64,000 nucleotides of DNA from Mizuhopecten yessoensis (GCF_002113885.1 NW_018408321.1:212471-276470), one strand, 5' to 3'. Shown: positions 38,701 to 53,200, numbered from the stretch's first letter. Notes: generated from the letters alone by a model not told the origin. A program made the numbers and translations.

Positions 38701-39309
38701 TGTTAAAAAGATTATCAGCACTTAAACTAACATTTCCACCTGATTCCTTTTTCAAATAATGAGTTTCAGTGATTTTATATTTTAAGATTCTCCAGATTTT
38801 TTTTACTTCACAAAAAAGTACTGAAGCATCCTATTTTAGGTACCAAAATGTATATCCCTCAACCAACAGCAAATTCCATATGCAAGTATATTCAGAAGGC
38901 CTCAGGCTGAGGCTTTTCGGTCAATCACTATGTGTGCTGTGTCCCATATCAGTATAGCATATGTGTAATTCAGACATTTGTAACGAACCCTGTGGTTCAG
39001 TATAGAGACGACTAACAATATGTCATACTCGTGAATTTATCATGTCACTGTATAATAACAGTGCATACGCATTGCATGATAGCGAAGTTCGTCATGCAAG
39101 CCCCTTACGATATATACTCTGTATAAGGCATAACATCGGATTTTATAATAATAAAAATATTACGAAAATATTGATGGAGAGTCACAAGACGAACATAACA
39201 GGAAACGTCGCATCTACCCGAAAAGTGAAGCAAAAAATCCGACAGATGCTTTTTCTTTTTTCTCAGCGTCCATCAGCAAATGTTGAGCTTTCTCCTCGCT
39301 AAACGCCAT
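32774..39309 (-). CDS. NAPA: Alpha-soluble NSF attachment protein (alpha-SNAP), 291 aa, complete, 9 coding exons
   Basis: Exons (-): 39309-39218, 38114-38035, 37517-37401, 36518-36472, 35777-35700, 34787-34732, 34402-34318, 34036-33863, 32920-32774 (TAA); total 876 nt. Translation [31 protein letters not shown]...[12 protein letters not shown]...[14 protein letters not shown]...[11 protein letters not shown]...[12 protein letters not shown]...[29 protein letters not shown]. Confidence 0.97.
32958..33675 (-). mobile_element. Degenerate HINE-like element with decayed internal repeats, NAPA intron 8
   Basis: Plus strand begins AACAAGAGATCCCAGAGGGACCTTGG (element 3' hairpin, reversed). Recurring CAAGATGGC...CATCTTGG and TTCTGAGAAATA modules. 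Confidence 0.5.
35277..35549. mobile_element. Fold-back MITE with imperfect inverted arms of about 120 bp
   Basis: AATTTGTTTTGAACAC...GTAAATGACCCAGTGTCTCGA and TCGAGGCACTGGGTCATTTAC...GTGTCCAAAACAAACTT are reverse complements around a spacer of about 30 bp. Confidence 0.85.
36862..36962. repeat. 30-bp tandem repeat, 3 copies
   Basis: TAGCTGTTTTTAGGTATCAGTATGTTTATA. Confidence 0.85.
38398..38600. mobile_element. Inverted pair of degenerate tRNA-like (SINE-head) modules
   Basis: GACCAGGTCGCTCAGTTTGTAG...GATTGAATCTCGGTCAGGTC on +, and GCTCAATTGGTAGAG...GTTTGAACCCTGACCTGGTC on -; A-box and B-box-like motifs. Confidence 0.5.
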
Positions 39310-39560
39310 GGTTTTCTTTAGTATATTGCCGAGGTTATTGCGAAGGATGTGTACGAGTGGACATTTGACACAACACACCACCTTATTTACTTCACATGAG
39401 TGTCTGGGTCACTTGTACACTTTGATTGGAGGAATTACTTTTAATTTATTATTTAAGCGTTCCAATAACCAAGATGGGTACCGTCACTTCCGGTTGTGTG
39501 GCATGACAAAAAGTTATTTTTGGCAACATACTCAAAATCAGAGTCAGAGTTTATCAAATG
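39310..39560. promoter_or_regulatory. NAPA promoter region (possibly bidirectional with the FN3 gene)
   Basis: ETS/GABP site ACTTCCGG at 39486-39493 upstream of the NAPA ATG; locally CpG-richer. Confidence 0.55.
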
Positions 39561-40384
39561 TAAAACGATATGTTTATATCCAGAGATTACATTTGTTACA
39601 AAACACAAGTATTCAAAAAATGTCTTAATATGCACTTATGATGTCGTTTGAAAGTTCTGCGATAGCTTAATTTTTGTTATTTCTGATTGTTAGTCTACAA
39701 TAGGTCAGATGATGTTAAATATGCGTTCATATCGACATCATAGGGATAGCATATATATACGTGTCACCCTTGGATGCTGTAATGGTCATATTTGACTAAA
39801 AAGATCCCCATACATTCTTACTATTTACTGAGAGTTATGTCCCTATTGTGTTTGTCTCAGTAGGATTATTGTATGTAGTGAAGGAACTGAAAAGCTTGAA
39901 AATATAAAATACCGTTATACATTGAGGTCACAAAATTCCCGAAATGAAATCTCATAGGGCCTAGAACCTAGATGAACATAGAGCCACGGAATTAGATTAG
40001 ATTATCTAAGTCCGTGATAGAGCCAATTAATTCAAAGTGAGTATTTTATCGGCATGGAGATATTTTTTTGCTGTTCAATAAAATGGTACCTGTATATTTC
40101 AGGAAAATATGAAATGTCCATCACATAGTGTAGAAGAAAATATTAGTGCTACATATTATGGCTAAATAACTGTCGACTGGATGATAACCTGAGTTTTAAT
40201 TGTCCAATAGGTCTTTTGTGGCAAACACTTTATTTATAGCAAACTCTTGAAACCCATCATGGACAAATTCTTTGTATATGAAATTTGAAAATAAGATTTG
40301 ATGGGTAAATCGCTATAAATTATAATCTTGCTAAACATATATATATCTTTTTAAAGGCCTTTGATCACTAGCCCTCCACCACAG

Positions 40385-40545
40385 TCCACTTGATTGCAGG
40401 CTAGGGTCGAGGCCTAATTGGGGCAGTCGCAAGGTACTGGTTGCAATACAGTGGTTCTTCCACAGGTACTCTGGTTTTCCTCCACCACCAAAACCTGGCT
40501 CATTAAATGGCCATAGCTGTAAGACATAAAGCACAAACAAACCAA
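40385..40545 (+). mobile_element. SINE remnant (V-SINE-like domain)
   Basis: B-box-like GGGTCGAGGCC, central CAGGTACTCTGGTTTTCCTCCACCA motif, tail ATAAAGCACAAACAAACC. Confidence 0.6.
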
Positions 40546-41285
40546 CTCTGGAATAAAACATACAACTACAAAATGTATAAATATTTAATGTATTTCTATG
40601 AGAAAACGCAGAATGTTCATCCAGGAAAATATATATAGCATAAAAATACTGTTAATATACTACAGAAAAATATACTCCCAAGAAAATGAATAAATTATTG
40701 CAAGGAAACAAAATATTACATCAAATACATATTTACAATATATTCCTTTTTTATTAAATTTGTATCAAAGATTTGATGATTTCCCCTTTCATCTTTCCTT
40801 GGAATGAATTTTTTTTAACAGGTATAATTGAATCAGACAATTGTTTTCTATCAAAGCAAATAATGATTTTGGACATTTTTCTGTAACACTAGACTATCCT
40901 TCTCTCAGCTCTGTTGTGGCATTGACAGGCAACATTATATTAAGCACATAATTTTCATAGAAAAATGGATTTTTTTGTTTAAAATTCAAATAGGATCTGA
41001 ATGGTATTTCTGCAATTTAAATATTGATAATATTGGCATTTGAATATTAAGATGAAAAAGAGGCCAGATTTTACTATATTATTTTGTCCAGTTTTGTCAA
41101 TGAGATTGTTTAAAGATATCTTATCACCACCATTGAGGTTAACAGGTTATGGTGGCAGTTGGAAAGCTTATCACCCAAGCTGGTAGCACTTGCAGGTTTC
41201 CCAACGGCAACATTACTGCCACCATGAAAGTCCGCATAGGGGTCGTGGAGGAGGGAGTGTGTGCTAATTTCATAATCCAATTATC

Positions 41286-44200
41286 ATGGGAATAGCTGTG
41301 TTAGTTTTTGTTTTGACAGTGTGGTACAGAGGAATAGAACTTGGAGAATGTCATAAGTATGACGATTACACCACCAGTGTGTTGTGTTCTACACAGTGTG
41401 GAGCCCTGTGTATGGAAAATGAGGTAAGTGCTATTTATATTTTCCATATGACAATGAAAAAAAATAAAAAATATGTATTGTATATTTTCTTTTAAAAATA
41501 TTACTTGAATTTAGTATCGTGTATAACAATTTTTTGCTTAAATGTAATTTTATTGACATATGCCACAAAAGAGCAATTAAAAAACATAGTTGATTTATTT
41601 ATTTATGCAAGACATGTTTTTTGTTGGATGCTTTAAAAACTTGTCTGTATTTGCCACGTATGTGTGAAAACGGAAACAGATATTTTTAATCATATTTCGC
41701 GCGGTTGACTACAAGGAATGAGCGCGAAATGGTTTTCTCTAATGGTTTGCCCAGTAGGTGGCACACCTGTATTGGCATGACAGGCAAGCGCAGCTGGTGA
41801 GCTTGCAAGTCAGTTCAGGGCAACGCACTGGTCAGGACGGACGGTTTAATTTTTCATTTAATTTTCTGATACATACTATGTACATTGATTCTGATAGTAA
41901 TTGACCAGGACGATGGAAGTTTTTGTGTAAATGTTATGAATTTGATAATTAAATGGCATCACTGGTGCAGGCCGGTGCGTTGTGAACAGCCTATGGGTGT
42001 TTGTTGTTGCCACCTGGGGGGTGGGTCATTGGAGAAGTTACTTTCTTCTGTTTCACATCAGTTTTACATTTACAAAAAATATATGTACATATGGCTTTGA
42101 AATTGTAGTTTCTTCTTTTTTTGACGGTTTTATGATATGACACTTATTTGTGTTCGGTTGGATTGGTATACATTTTTACTTAGCAGTTATGCAATTCTTT
42201 CTTATGGCAAAATACGGAATATGTAAAAAGAAATCCTTTTACATGAAGTTGATGGTCCTTTGATTGTTCAGTGTCCTTGTTAGGTCATTGTTGGGATTGG
42301 CATTGTTACACGACAACCTTCATTGACTTAATAGGCTAGCTTGTCCTATCCTGTGTTTACGTTGGTCCTGTAACAGATAAGACTGGTTTAGATCGATCCA
42401 CCACCTGTTTGTTCCCATCCCAGTATTTAGATATTTATTTCTATCCAGAATCGGGATGTCATACCAGAGACGGTGATATCACCTCCCCCACACCTACTCT
42501 GTCAGCTATCAACATTTATAGAAACTAATAAATGGTTTAGTTAAGGTAGCAGTCTAGCAGAGAGCGGTTTCATACTACACCTAAAATCATGGATGATTTT
42601 TGAATACTTAGTTTTTGGGATGTTCTTGATTAGATAGTTGTTAAATTGATATCACATTGTGCATTATTTCATATCTTAACAGAGAGATCTAATTGTAATT
42701 TAAATGTTTACTGTAATTATTGTCTTATGTGAGAAAACTAACCTCCAGAAAATACGAGGAAAGGTAGCACATATTTGAACATTTTGTTAACAGATATAGA
42801 AAACCCAATAAAGTATACATTTGACTACATCACATGGCCATATGAGGAACGGAAATAGGCATTGGGGGATTTCCCTGCGAAATTCAGAAAGTACATGTAC
42901 TAAATATATCAAGTTTAAATATAACATGTGGTATCATGGAGCGGAGAATTACATATATATTATATATATTGGGACAATGGAGTGTTAGATAGTAAAGACC
43001 TTGTCTGTTCATTTAACAATATTTTGCTCCCACATGATAACTTGCTTAAATGAAAGTTAATGCTTTGTTGTCACATTGGATACTTTATGGGACTCATATG
43101 TAGCGGATATACTTTATATTTTAAGACTCACTTTTAAATATATGTATTCAAGATGGTCACTGTAGTAAAAAAAAAAAGGGGCCAACTTTGTTGATGTGTA
43201 ATTTCAGGATTCAAGGAGGCTGCTGTGGCCTCTGATTGGCTAATTTGGGGGGTTATTAGTATGCATGTGGTTAACAGTTTTAGTGGTTTTATAATTTATG
43301 TGAGTTCCACCCCTTTTACAAAAGTTAGCCAATATTTGTCTGGGGCATATCTTCTATATTATTTCACCTTGGGTAGCTAGATTAGTAATGCAAGTACATC
43401 TTGGGATTGCAAAATGTCAAGTACAAAAAGTAGGTCACTGTGGCCTATATGGTTTGACCTTTGAACTCATCTTTGAAAATGTTACTCTTGGGCATATCTA
43501 CTTTATGCTATTTCACCTGATTTAACCAGATTTGGTATGCAAGTACATCTTAGATTGCGGAGTGTTAAGTACAGAATATAGGTCAGTGTGACCTAAAGTT
43601 TGACCTGTGATTTTAACCTTTGAGAAAGTTTGTCTAAAGCATATTTTTGATACTATTTCACCAGGAGTAATCAGATTTGTTATTCGAGTACATCTTTGGA
43701 TGGCACTGTGTCAAGTACAAACATTAGGTTATTGTGGCCTAGCTTTGCTTTGATCTTTGACTTTTCCTTTGAAAAAGTTTGTTTGGGGTGTATCTTCTAT
43801 ACTATTTCACTTGATTGACTAGTTTTGGAATACAAATACATCTTAGGATGGCAAAGAGTCGCGTTAAAAAATGTCAGTTACTGTGACCTATAGTTTGACC
43901 TTTCACCTTTTCCTCAACCTTTAAAAAATTTGTCTGGCTTCTATACCTTTTCTCACCTGGAGTAACTAGATTTGATTTGCAAGTACATCTTAAGTGAAAA
44001 GTACAAAAAGTAGGTCACTGTGACCTATATCCCGAGATCTGGGTTAGACTTTAAATATTTTTTTCTTAGTTGTCCACAGGACTAGTTGAATAGATTATTT
44101 GTTAGTCCTATGTTAATGTAACTAGTCCTAAATTTCCTTAAGAAATCATCTCAAACATGAAACATAAAAAGTAATTGACTGTTAGTAAGGGTACTAGAAT

Positions 44201-47200
44201 AACTAACTACTGCCATAAAAAATGGAAATTATTGATAATTATTATGCAATTTATATGTATTTTAAGCAGTTTTTTAAAAGGAATATTCATATGGTATAAT
44301 CTATCTATCAGATGTTATTGGGATATCCATTTTTTACCAAAGGACCAGTTATTTTAGCTGATTCACTTGTTCATGCTTAAATCTACTAGTGTTAGTGTCA
44401 AACCCTGGGGTGGACTATGGATTGCCTTGCAATACTTTGCATTGTTCATTTAAAAATGTTATAAAAGAACTATTCTTGCTGTACTTGGAGAAGGCCAGGG
44501 GTATACATCTGCCATTATGGTGACATATTCAGTTACATGTAGAATTACCTTCTGGTATGTATTTGTATAATTAAAACAACTATTTTATTTTCAGTCCTAC
44601 TGCGATACAACTTGTCATAACCCGTTTGGGTTATGGATGACAAATTGTGATGTAAGTATTATCTAGGTAATAATTTTATATACTTTCCTTTAAAGTGCAA
44701 AGTCTGGTCTTTAAAAGTATTGCATATACCCTCAGTGGTGTAGATAACAACTAAAGAAGCACAGCATTTCAGATATCCTTGTAGATCAATATCATCCTCC
44801 ATGTATGCTAACTTTTGGAGACTATTGAGTATCCATGATATCTTTAGAGAATGACATAATTTTCATTAGATTATATGTAAACTAGTTTATATGCATGTCA
44901 TTTGTATTATCAAGGGTTTCAACTACTGATAGAATTAATGAGATAAAATGTAGTAGATGCATTGATGGTATCTGAAGACTAAAGTGGAACATGCAGAAAA
45001 TAATGTTCCTGATCAAGAAAAGCCCTTGTTATACATTGTCACATTTTGATTCATAGCAATCTTCCATATATTCACTGGCATGTTGATGAGAAGCTGATTT
45101 TCTTTCATTCCTTTTTTTCTTGTCCACAGGATCCTGGTTGTGCGGGGACATGTGCTGATCATGATCTAAGCAAATTCTTTAGTGAGTTACCCGGTATTAT
45201 TTTCTTTTTTTAATTTCTCCACTACATGTCCACACATTGCTAAATATGGAATTCAAATGAAAATACTTTTTGTATGTTTTCCACTCCTGTGTTGAATGGT
45301 GGGTCAGACTAGAGTGCGGGTTGTCCAGGTAATTATCAGTTCATATTTCCTTTTATTATTGTTTTTATCTAATACCTTGCCATCTGACATCACAATTACC
45401 TAGGGTAACAGCTATTTTCACAAGAGAACTGAAGTGTTACATTGAATATATACTGCATGATTAATTAGTGGAGTGTGTCCAGGTGGTCAGGGTGGGCGGG
45501 AGCTTGTGTGTCAACATTTACTGTACCACTGTGCATTTACAAACTTCAATTTTAGATGTTTTATAAAGAATCTTGGTTACAAGTTCACTGTAGATACTGA
45601 ATGCTGTCAGTCAATTTTATGGGAGTTATTGCCCATTGGTCACTGGTTTTAAGCCAAATTTACAGATATTCAGAATAAAAATATCTTGGATGAGTTTGAC
45701 ACTCAATACATTTTGACAGGAAATTGTTTCATCTCTAGGTAGCACATTTTCAATCAGATTGCAACTGAAATTGGAAAGATGTTTGAAACACAAGTATTTG
45801 TATTTTTATGGTATTTCAAAACTTGTTACCATTCAAAAGAATGTGTTTACTAATGCACTTCCCTAATTTGTTTGTAAAAAGTTATAAGATGCTCTTGCTC
45901 AAACTTAGACTTAAGCTTTGATGTGCACCTCAAAATAATTTATTCATATTGATTTATATAACATTTCTATGAGTTCATTTAAAAATCACATCATTTACCA
46001 AAAATACCTAACACATATAACATACCCTGTTGGTTGTATTTTGGTATTGTTGTTATGTCTTTTGTATGTTAATGAGATTGCTGTCTGTGTGAGTAATGTT
46101 TTCTTCCTTTTCTAGATCTGATCCTTTTACCGGAAATCCCAGTTCTCAACCAGTGGAAAGTTCATGATAACCAAGTCAAGTTGTCATGGCAACCAAGCAA
46201 GTCGCAAAGTCAGGTTTTATATGCAGTTCAGTACAAGAAAATTTACAGCCAGAATTGGACAAATGCAATTTATGAGGTACGCTGGCACATTTTGGGATGT
46301 ATTAAGTGATACATTTTGGAATGTTTTTAGTGATACATTTTGGAATGTATTTAGTGATACATTTTGGGATGTATTTAGTGGCACATTTTAGGATGTATTT
46401 AGTTGCACATTTTGGGATGTATTTAGTGACACCTTTTGGGATGTATTTAGTGGTACATTTTGGGATGTATTTAGTGGCACATTTTGGGATGTATTTAGTG
46501 GCACATTTTGGGATGTATTTAGTGTAGGATAAATGAACCATTGGTGTGTCGTAATAGAACAAAATGAAGCAGATTAAGCTGGAGTCAAAACCAGTAACCT
46601 GGTAGTTCAGTGGTTAGAGGATCAAAAACTTTGTTGAAGGTGTGAGGAATGTAGCAGAACTGGACTGGTCGGATTATTTTAGACCAAGTAGCTTAATTGG
46701 TTTGAGCGACCATTTAGAGTTTTGAGACCCTATCCTAGACTGGTCATTGTCTTTTTTCTATTCTTTTACAATAACAACATAGAATGATATGTTTTTTTGT
46801 GAGTAGATTTGAGACATGAACACCCTCATATGATATTTCGTCTTTTCATATTGCAGAGTTATCTGCTCTAGTGAGCAGGTATTGATTGTTACGTCATTAG
46901 TTTGTGTGAGAAAATTACGTCATTTTCTCAAAAAGTTATGACGTTACTCTCACAAACAAATGATATAACAATCAATACCTGCTCACAAGAGCAGATAACT
47001 CTGCAATATAAAAAGACAGAATAGTACAAGAAGTATCCAGACACCCTCCTATAAAATACAATATGATATTTCAGTGTGTTCTTTAGATCTAGATGCTGTG
47101 CTGCATGATATAAGATGATATATATGAATGTATACTTCAGATTCAGACTCTCTCCTGTTCTATTGACATTGATGACGTGTGTGTGGACCATCACTTTCGT

Positions 47201-50200
47201 GTGATAGCAATCAACAGGCATGGATCGCGTGGGTTTTCAAACTACACATACATATCTGCTTCAGGTGAGAATTTCCTTTCCTAATGAATGTACTGTCTAA
47301 AATCGTACAAGGTTGTATCCCAATTCTTAGAAATGGCATATTGTCGGTGTTATGTGCCTGCTCTTTGTGTGGTTGTGCCTCCCTTCTGTTTGTTTGGAGC
47401 CTGTAACGGCTACCAGCCCCAGAGATTTTGTAAAGAATTTCCAAAGTGAATATTATCTAATGAGTAAAATATTACAGATGTAGTTTCTTCTTGTTACTGT
47501 AACAGGAGAAAGATCGACCCAGTGCAGTTCATTTTTCCTTCACTTGATGCCATTATTAGGTGAAGCACGATACAACAAATATTTTTAGAAATGCCACTTA
47601 CCTTCCATCAGTGTGTTAAAAGTAGTGGTAGGCCAACAGAACCAGGCTAGAATTAAGTCTTACTTCTGACACTGCTTGCATTTAGAAAATATTGCAACTG
47701 ATTAAAGCATCAAAAACAATGTATCTTCTTTTTTCCGCTATCTTTTCTTTTAAAAATGCTGGATTTTCTGAAGTCCCTTTGGAAAACTATAAAACACCTC
47801 CTCTGGAAAACGATAAAACATCTGTAAGAAAACTTTAGAAAAGAAATTGTGTTCCCATCCTGTTTGCAACATGTAATTTTATAACTTCTGTTACCAGCAT
47901 AAATTATCATTATGTGCTGTGAAGATGTAGATACATTTGACTATATTGTACACATGCATAGATATGTTTGCAGGTGCACTGTACGTATGTATTCTCACAC
48001 TTTCACACATACATACTTTATGTCATTTGTAATCATCAAAATTGTTTTTCTTTGAAAACAAAACCCCAACCTCTGCTGTATAATGGTATATAAGGTGTGT
48101 GAACTACAAGTGCAGTAAGTATTATGTTGATACCACAATAAATTTGTATGAAACATACCACTGACTTCGCTCTTCCACAGCATTTAATCTTGCTGCTGTT
48201 TCCAACGTGACCTTTGTTGGCCGAGGAATATACTACTACCCAGGCACACATGAATTTATGGCAGTCATACAATGGGATCGCCTACCTGGTAAGAGGTTAA
48301 GGTCTTATACAGCAGCTTGAAGTCTTACTGAAGGATGACCTTCCTTGTAGGAGGTCAAGGTCTTGTTCAACTTGAAGTCATACTGAAGGATGACTTTCCT
48401 TGTAGGAGGTCAAGGTCTTATTCAACTTGAAGTCATACTGAAGGATGACCTTCCTTGTAGGAGGTCAAGGTCTTGTTCAACTTGAAGTCATACTGTAGGA
48501 TGACTTTCCTTGTAAGTGGTTAAGGTCTTGTAGTCATACTATAAGATGACCTTCATTGCATAAGGTCAATGTCTCTTATCATTTGAAGTCGTACTGTAGG
48601 GTGACCTTCATTGTTAGAGGTCAAGGTCATGTATGATTTGTAGTCATACCGTAGGGTTACCTTATTATATATTTAACATCCTACCATGTACGCTAGGTAG
48701 CAATATTATTTACTGATCAACAGCCATGTAATGAACAACAGATCATACATGTACCCCAATAATGCAAGCAAGGGAAACACAAGTACAGTTTCAAAATCTA
48801 CTCTCCTATCTACATCACAACACCTTACATAGGGAATTGTGCATTTTGTTATATATGACATGGTAGAATAGCTATACTTAATATATGTTTATGTGTTCTG
48901 CAGTAATATAGGCACATCTGCTGATCACTTCTGAAATATCATCTATGTACCTTATCTGACTGTAATTTCTGTTAAGATGCATAATGTAGGATGGACTAAC
49001 AGAGTAATTTAATGTAACTAAATATTTGTTTGAGGGTGGGGGAGGATGGGACATGCTGAGTACCATGCTATAACTGAATATGTGGGTTTTTCCTCGGGGA
49101 GGGATGGGTTGGGGGAGGTACACCTCAGTAACATGCTGTAACTAAGTATGTGTTTTGGGTGTAAGATGGGACACTTAGAGTTACATGCTTTGTATATGTG
49201 TTTGGGAAGGATTGGACACTCAGAATATAGCATGCTGTAACTGACTGTCTGTTTGACTATAGGATGGGACACACCAAGTGACATGGTGGACTACCAATGG
49301 AATGAGACACCTTCAATGTTCTGCAGTAAGAAACTCACCAACATCATGCCCATCTTTGAGAGAGGTTCAAATACAGTAAGTACAACATACACCTAACAAG
49401 GATGGACTTACACACAGATGGAAATACTTTTCTGATCAGATAGTGAACAGTGAAATGTTATTAACAAAAAAAATATTCAATGATGCATTTGACTTTGCAA
49501 CTTCACTGGAACAAAGTATTTGTGGGTGAATCTTCTAAAGAATCAAATGGCCTAGGTTCATGATAATTGGCATTAAGCTTGCTAGGTTTAATGAATATCA
49601 AGTTCTTTTAAGAGAAATAACCTTGATCCACCTTCAAGGTCACCTAGTTGAAAAGCATTACAAAAATCAAACAACTCCTTTTCAAGAACTGCAGTTTTTT
49701 GAAGTACTGAAAACAAAACGTTTTTCCAGCAAAGTTGTAAAGTCAAAATACATAATTAAATCCTTTTCTAGATCAAACGACATTTCACCGTTCTCTATCT
49801 GATATCCTGTAGCTATGTGATGTGAAAGGCTATCAAGCTTTTCAATCAAATACTTTGACCCCACATTCCAGGACATGAGCCAGTGATGATAAAACCTTTA
49901 AAGTACTACTCATATTGAACCATGTGGCATAAAGGAATGATATTTAGCCTGTAGCTTGCTAAAGTTAAGAGCTTATTAGGTTCATTTGAATAAGTTATGG
50001 ATATAAGCCGAAAACAGTCTGATAAGTGAGAAAAAGGACAACTCATTATTACCAAAATTTCATGTTTTTACTTCAACAGATGGGAACAGGGGATATTGAT
50101 GACTATGCCTTCTTGATTGACGTAGTGGTAGATTTTGTCCTGCTACTTTGTATATTACAGTTTAATGCTATCTTATTTTACAGTCCTCTGCCGCTTATCG

Positions 50201-53200
50201 TAGAGTTTTGATGCACATCCACGCTGATGCCTTTGGCTGTCTTTACCAAGGGCAGGTTTGTCTTTTTGTGATTTATCACCCATATGCACTGGTTCTGCCA
50301 AATGCATAAGTTTAGAGTTATATATTGTTCTGGCTCTAGTAAAATAATAGCAGACTCAGTGTGTAGTAAATTGTATATACAATTACATGTTTATTGCTAC
50401 ATGGCTATACTTGGTGCCTTATGATACATTGTCAGAGTATAGGGTCCCTGTGCAATATCCATGATCAGGGCCTAGGTTGACAGTGCCTTACAGTGACAGC
50501 GTACAGGGTATATTCATGTGTCATATCCATGATCAGGGCCTAGGTTGAGAGTGCCTTACAGTGACAGCGTACAGGGACTATATTATATTCATGTGTCATA
50601 TCCATGATCAGGGCCTAGGTTGACAGTGCCTTACAGTGACAGCGTACAGGGACTGTATATACCTACTGTATAGGTCCTAGTACATGTACTGCCGTAATGG
50701 GCATTACATGTTTACTAATGATTTGATACTGAAAAATGCTTTCAACATGTTTTAATAAACTAATTATTTGAATGAATGGAAAAAGTTAATTTATGTTTAC
50801 CAAGGTACATAAACTGAATACAGTACCGTGTTTGTGTATTAAATCTTCAATGTGTATTTAGTTTATTTATTTAGATATGTTCAGGGTTTTATGAGTAAAC
50901 TTTGGCTGTGATTCATTATGCGATAATAATGATGAACGGATTATTTTTTCTCTAGGTTCGTGCTGTAACCAAATGTGGATTACAAGGACCATGGACAAAT
51001 TTTACATTGGATCTCAGAGGTACTAGTATTCCAACACCTGTCAACAGACTAAACACTTGGTGTAAACAACTATCGTTTTAGAAGATAATTGCTAATTTTT
51101 TTAAAGCATTAGCTTAGGGTTGAACTCTTATTTTGAGTGGAATACTTTGTTATTTTTTTCGAAAGCATTATAACAGTAAAACTGATCAACAAAATTAACC
51201 ATATGTTCAAGTGTGTACTGTCTTTAGCTTTGTTTTACAATATTTTTTTCAGATTGTCATAATATATTCAACTTTCCGTGTGTAGCTGCAACATGTAAGT
51301 TTTCATTGATGACTTGTCACACATTTACTAATACATTGTCAGACTCATTAAACGTACATTGTTTGCGTGACAATGGGACCAGTTGGTGTTGAAATGTTGA
51401 AAATAAAGGCTACATGTTTAACACATACATTGTTTGCGTATAAAATAAAGGCTACATGTTTAACACATACTTTGTTTGTGTATAAAATAAATGCTACATG
51501 TTTAACACATGCATTGTTTGTGTATAAAATAAAGGCTACATGTTTAACACATACATTGTTTGTGGATAAAATAAAGGCTACATGTTTAACACATACTTTG
51601 TTTGTGTATAAAATAAAGGCTACATGTTTTACACATGCATTGTTTGTGTATAAAATAAAGGCTACATGTTTAGCACATACATTGTTTGTGTATAAAATAA
51701 AGGCTACATGTTTAACACATACTTTGTTTGTGTATAAAATAAAGGCTACATGTTTAACACATGCATTGTTTGTGTATAAAATAAAGGCTACATGTTTAAC
51801 ACATACAGTGTTGGTGTATAAAATAAAACTTTGATATCACATATTTCCAAACTGATGAACATCACCTTTGTCTGAAAATTTCATGCTTTTAGCAAAATGT
51901 CTGGAATAGCCAAAAAAAAAATTATGACCGGCAAGCATCTTGTAAACGACCAGTGATAGATATAGACATCGTTAATAGACAGAAAACGATTCTATTTTTG
52001 GATATTTTATGCAAATTATGAAATTATGTTCCTAGTCTGACACTCTACCACTGAGCTAAAGGGGAATTCTCTCTAGCTCGAAGCTAGAAGGCGACCTTAA
52101 TCCTATGTGCAATTAAAACCTGCCACACAGGCCCCAATCCAAACAGTACTTTTATTTTAACGTTGTATTATATAAAACCGCTTGTAAAATTTCTAAAAAT
52201 CTATAGAATTGCCTACATATTGAACTGATTAGGACCCGTTTCCTTGGTTTTGATCTTATTATGTTTCAGAACTAAATGAAAGAAAAATAAAATTCTTTTA
52301 TTAGAAAGATACATTAAATTTAAATAAATATATCAAACTGTAAACTAAAACAAAATGTGCAATGCTTATTGATCCCATAACTTGGGGAGAAAAATCAGTC
52401 ATATTAAAGGGTCATCACAGTGAAGTGTATATTTATTTTGTCTTTTTTTTTCAAATACTACATAAGCATATCAAGTAAGTCTCCGTATGGAAAATAATGA
52501 TCGGATTTGGCTGATATATATTCTTAAAAATGAATAATTTTAAGATAATAATCATTGCGATTTCTACCTGTCTGACCAACGTTTTGTTCAGGGATATCCC
52601 TCTTCTAGCGCATGCGCATAGCACACCATTTCTTTGTAAACAAAATGACTGTCCGTGTGAAGTAAGCGAAAGAAAATCGTTGTACAGCGTCAGCTACAAA
52701 GCGGAAAATTGCCAAATGGTCAAAAGATAGCGCAAAGAGTATGTTACGGAATCATTATTTTGTTATGTTAATGGGCATGTATCGGTGAGAGTTTACTTTG
52801 TATTTCTATATACAGTAGTTTATGTGAAAGTAAGGGATAAGTTACTGGTTAGTTTGTTTTTTTGATATGAGGCCCTCCAACTGTTGTGTTGGCCACGGCG
52901 TATTCTGTTCTCTCCTCTGTCGGTACTCGGGGTCAAATGAAATACGTGCGCTATTAGATTACATAATTTATAATATTCAGTAAAATGGTATGATTTAATT
53001 ATATTGCTGAACTAAACGTTGTTTTTTTTGTATCTACATGCAAGATTTAAATTAATACTAATATTAATACCCAGCCTCCTCTGCCTTGAAGAGCTATATT
53101 TTTTTTAAGGAATGTATGTGTTGTATGCACTACCACTTATGTTACCTCGCTATCCCCTTATTCATAGTCCATTCTAATCGTCCAGTTTGACCACTTGAAT

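Noticed and set aside
9395-39309. U12-type introns in genes near U6atac
   Set aside because: No GTATCCTT or ATATCCTT donors among the reconstructed junctions; all look U2-type.
51367-51834. 155-aa ORF (KIKATCLTHTLFVY)n
   Set aside because: 42-bp intronic array not bounded by usable splice sites.
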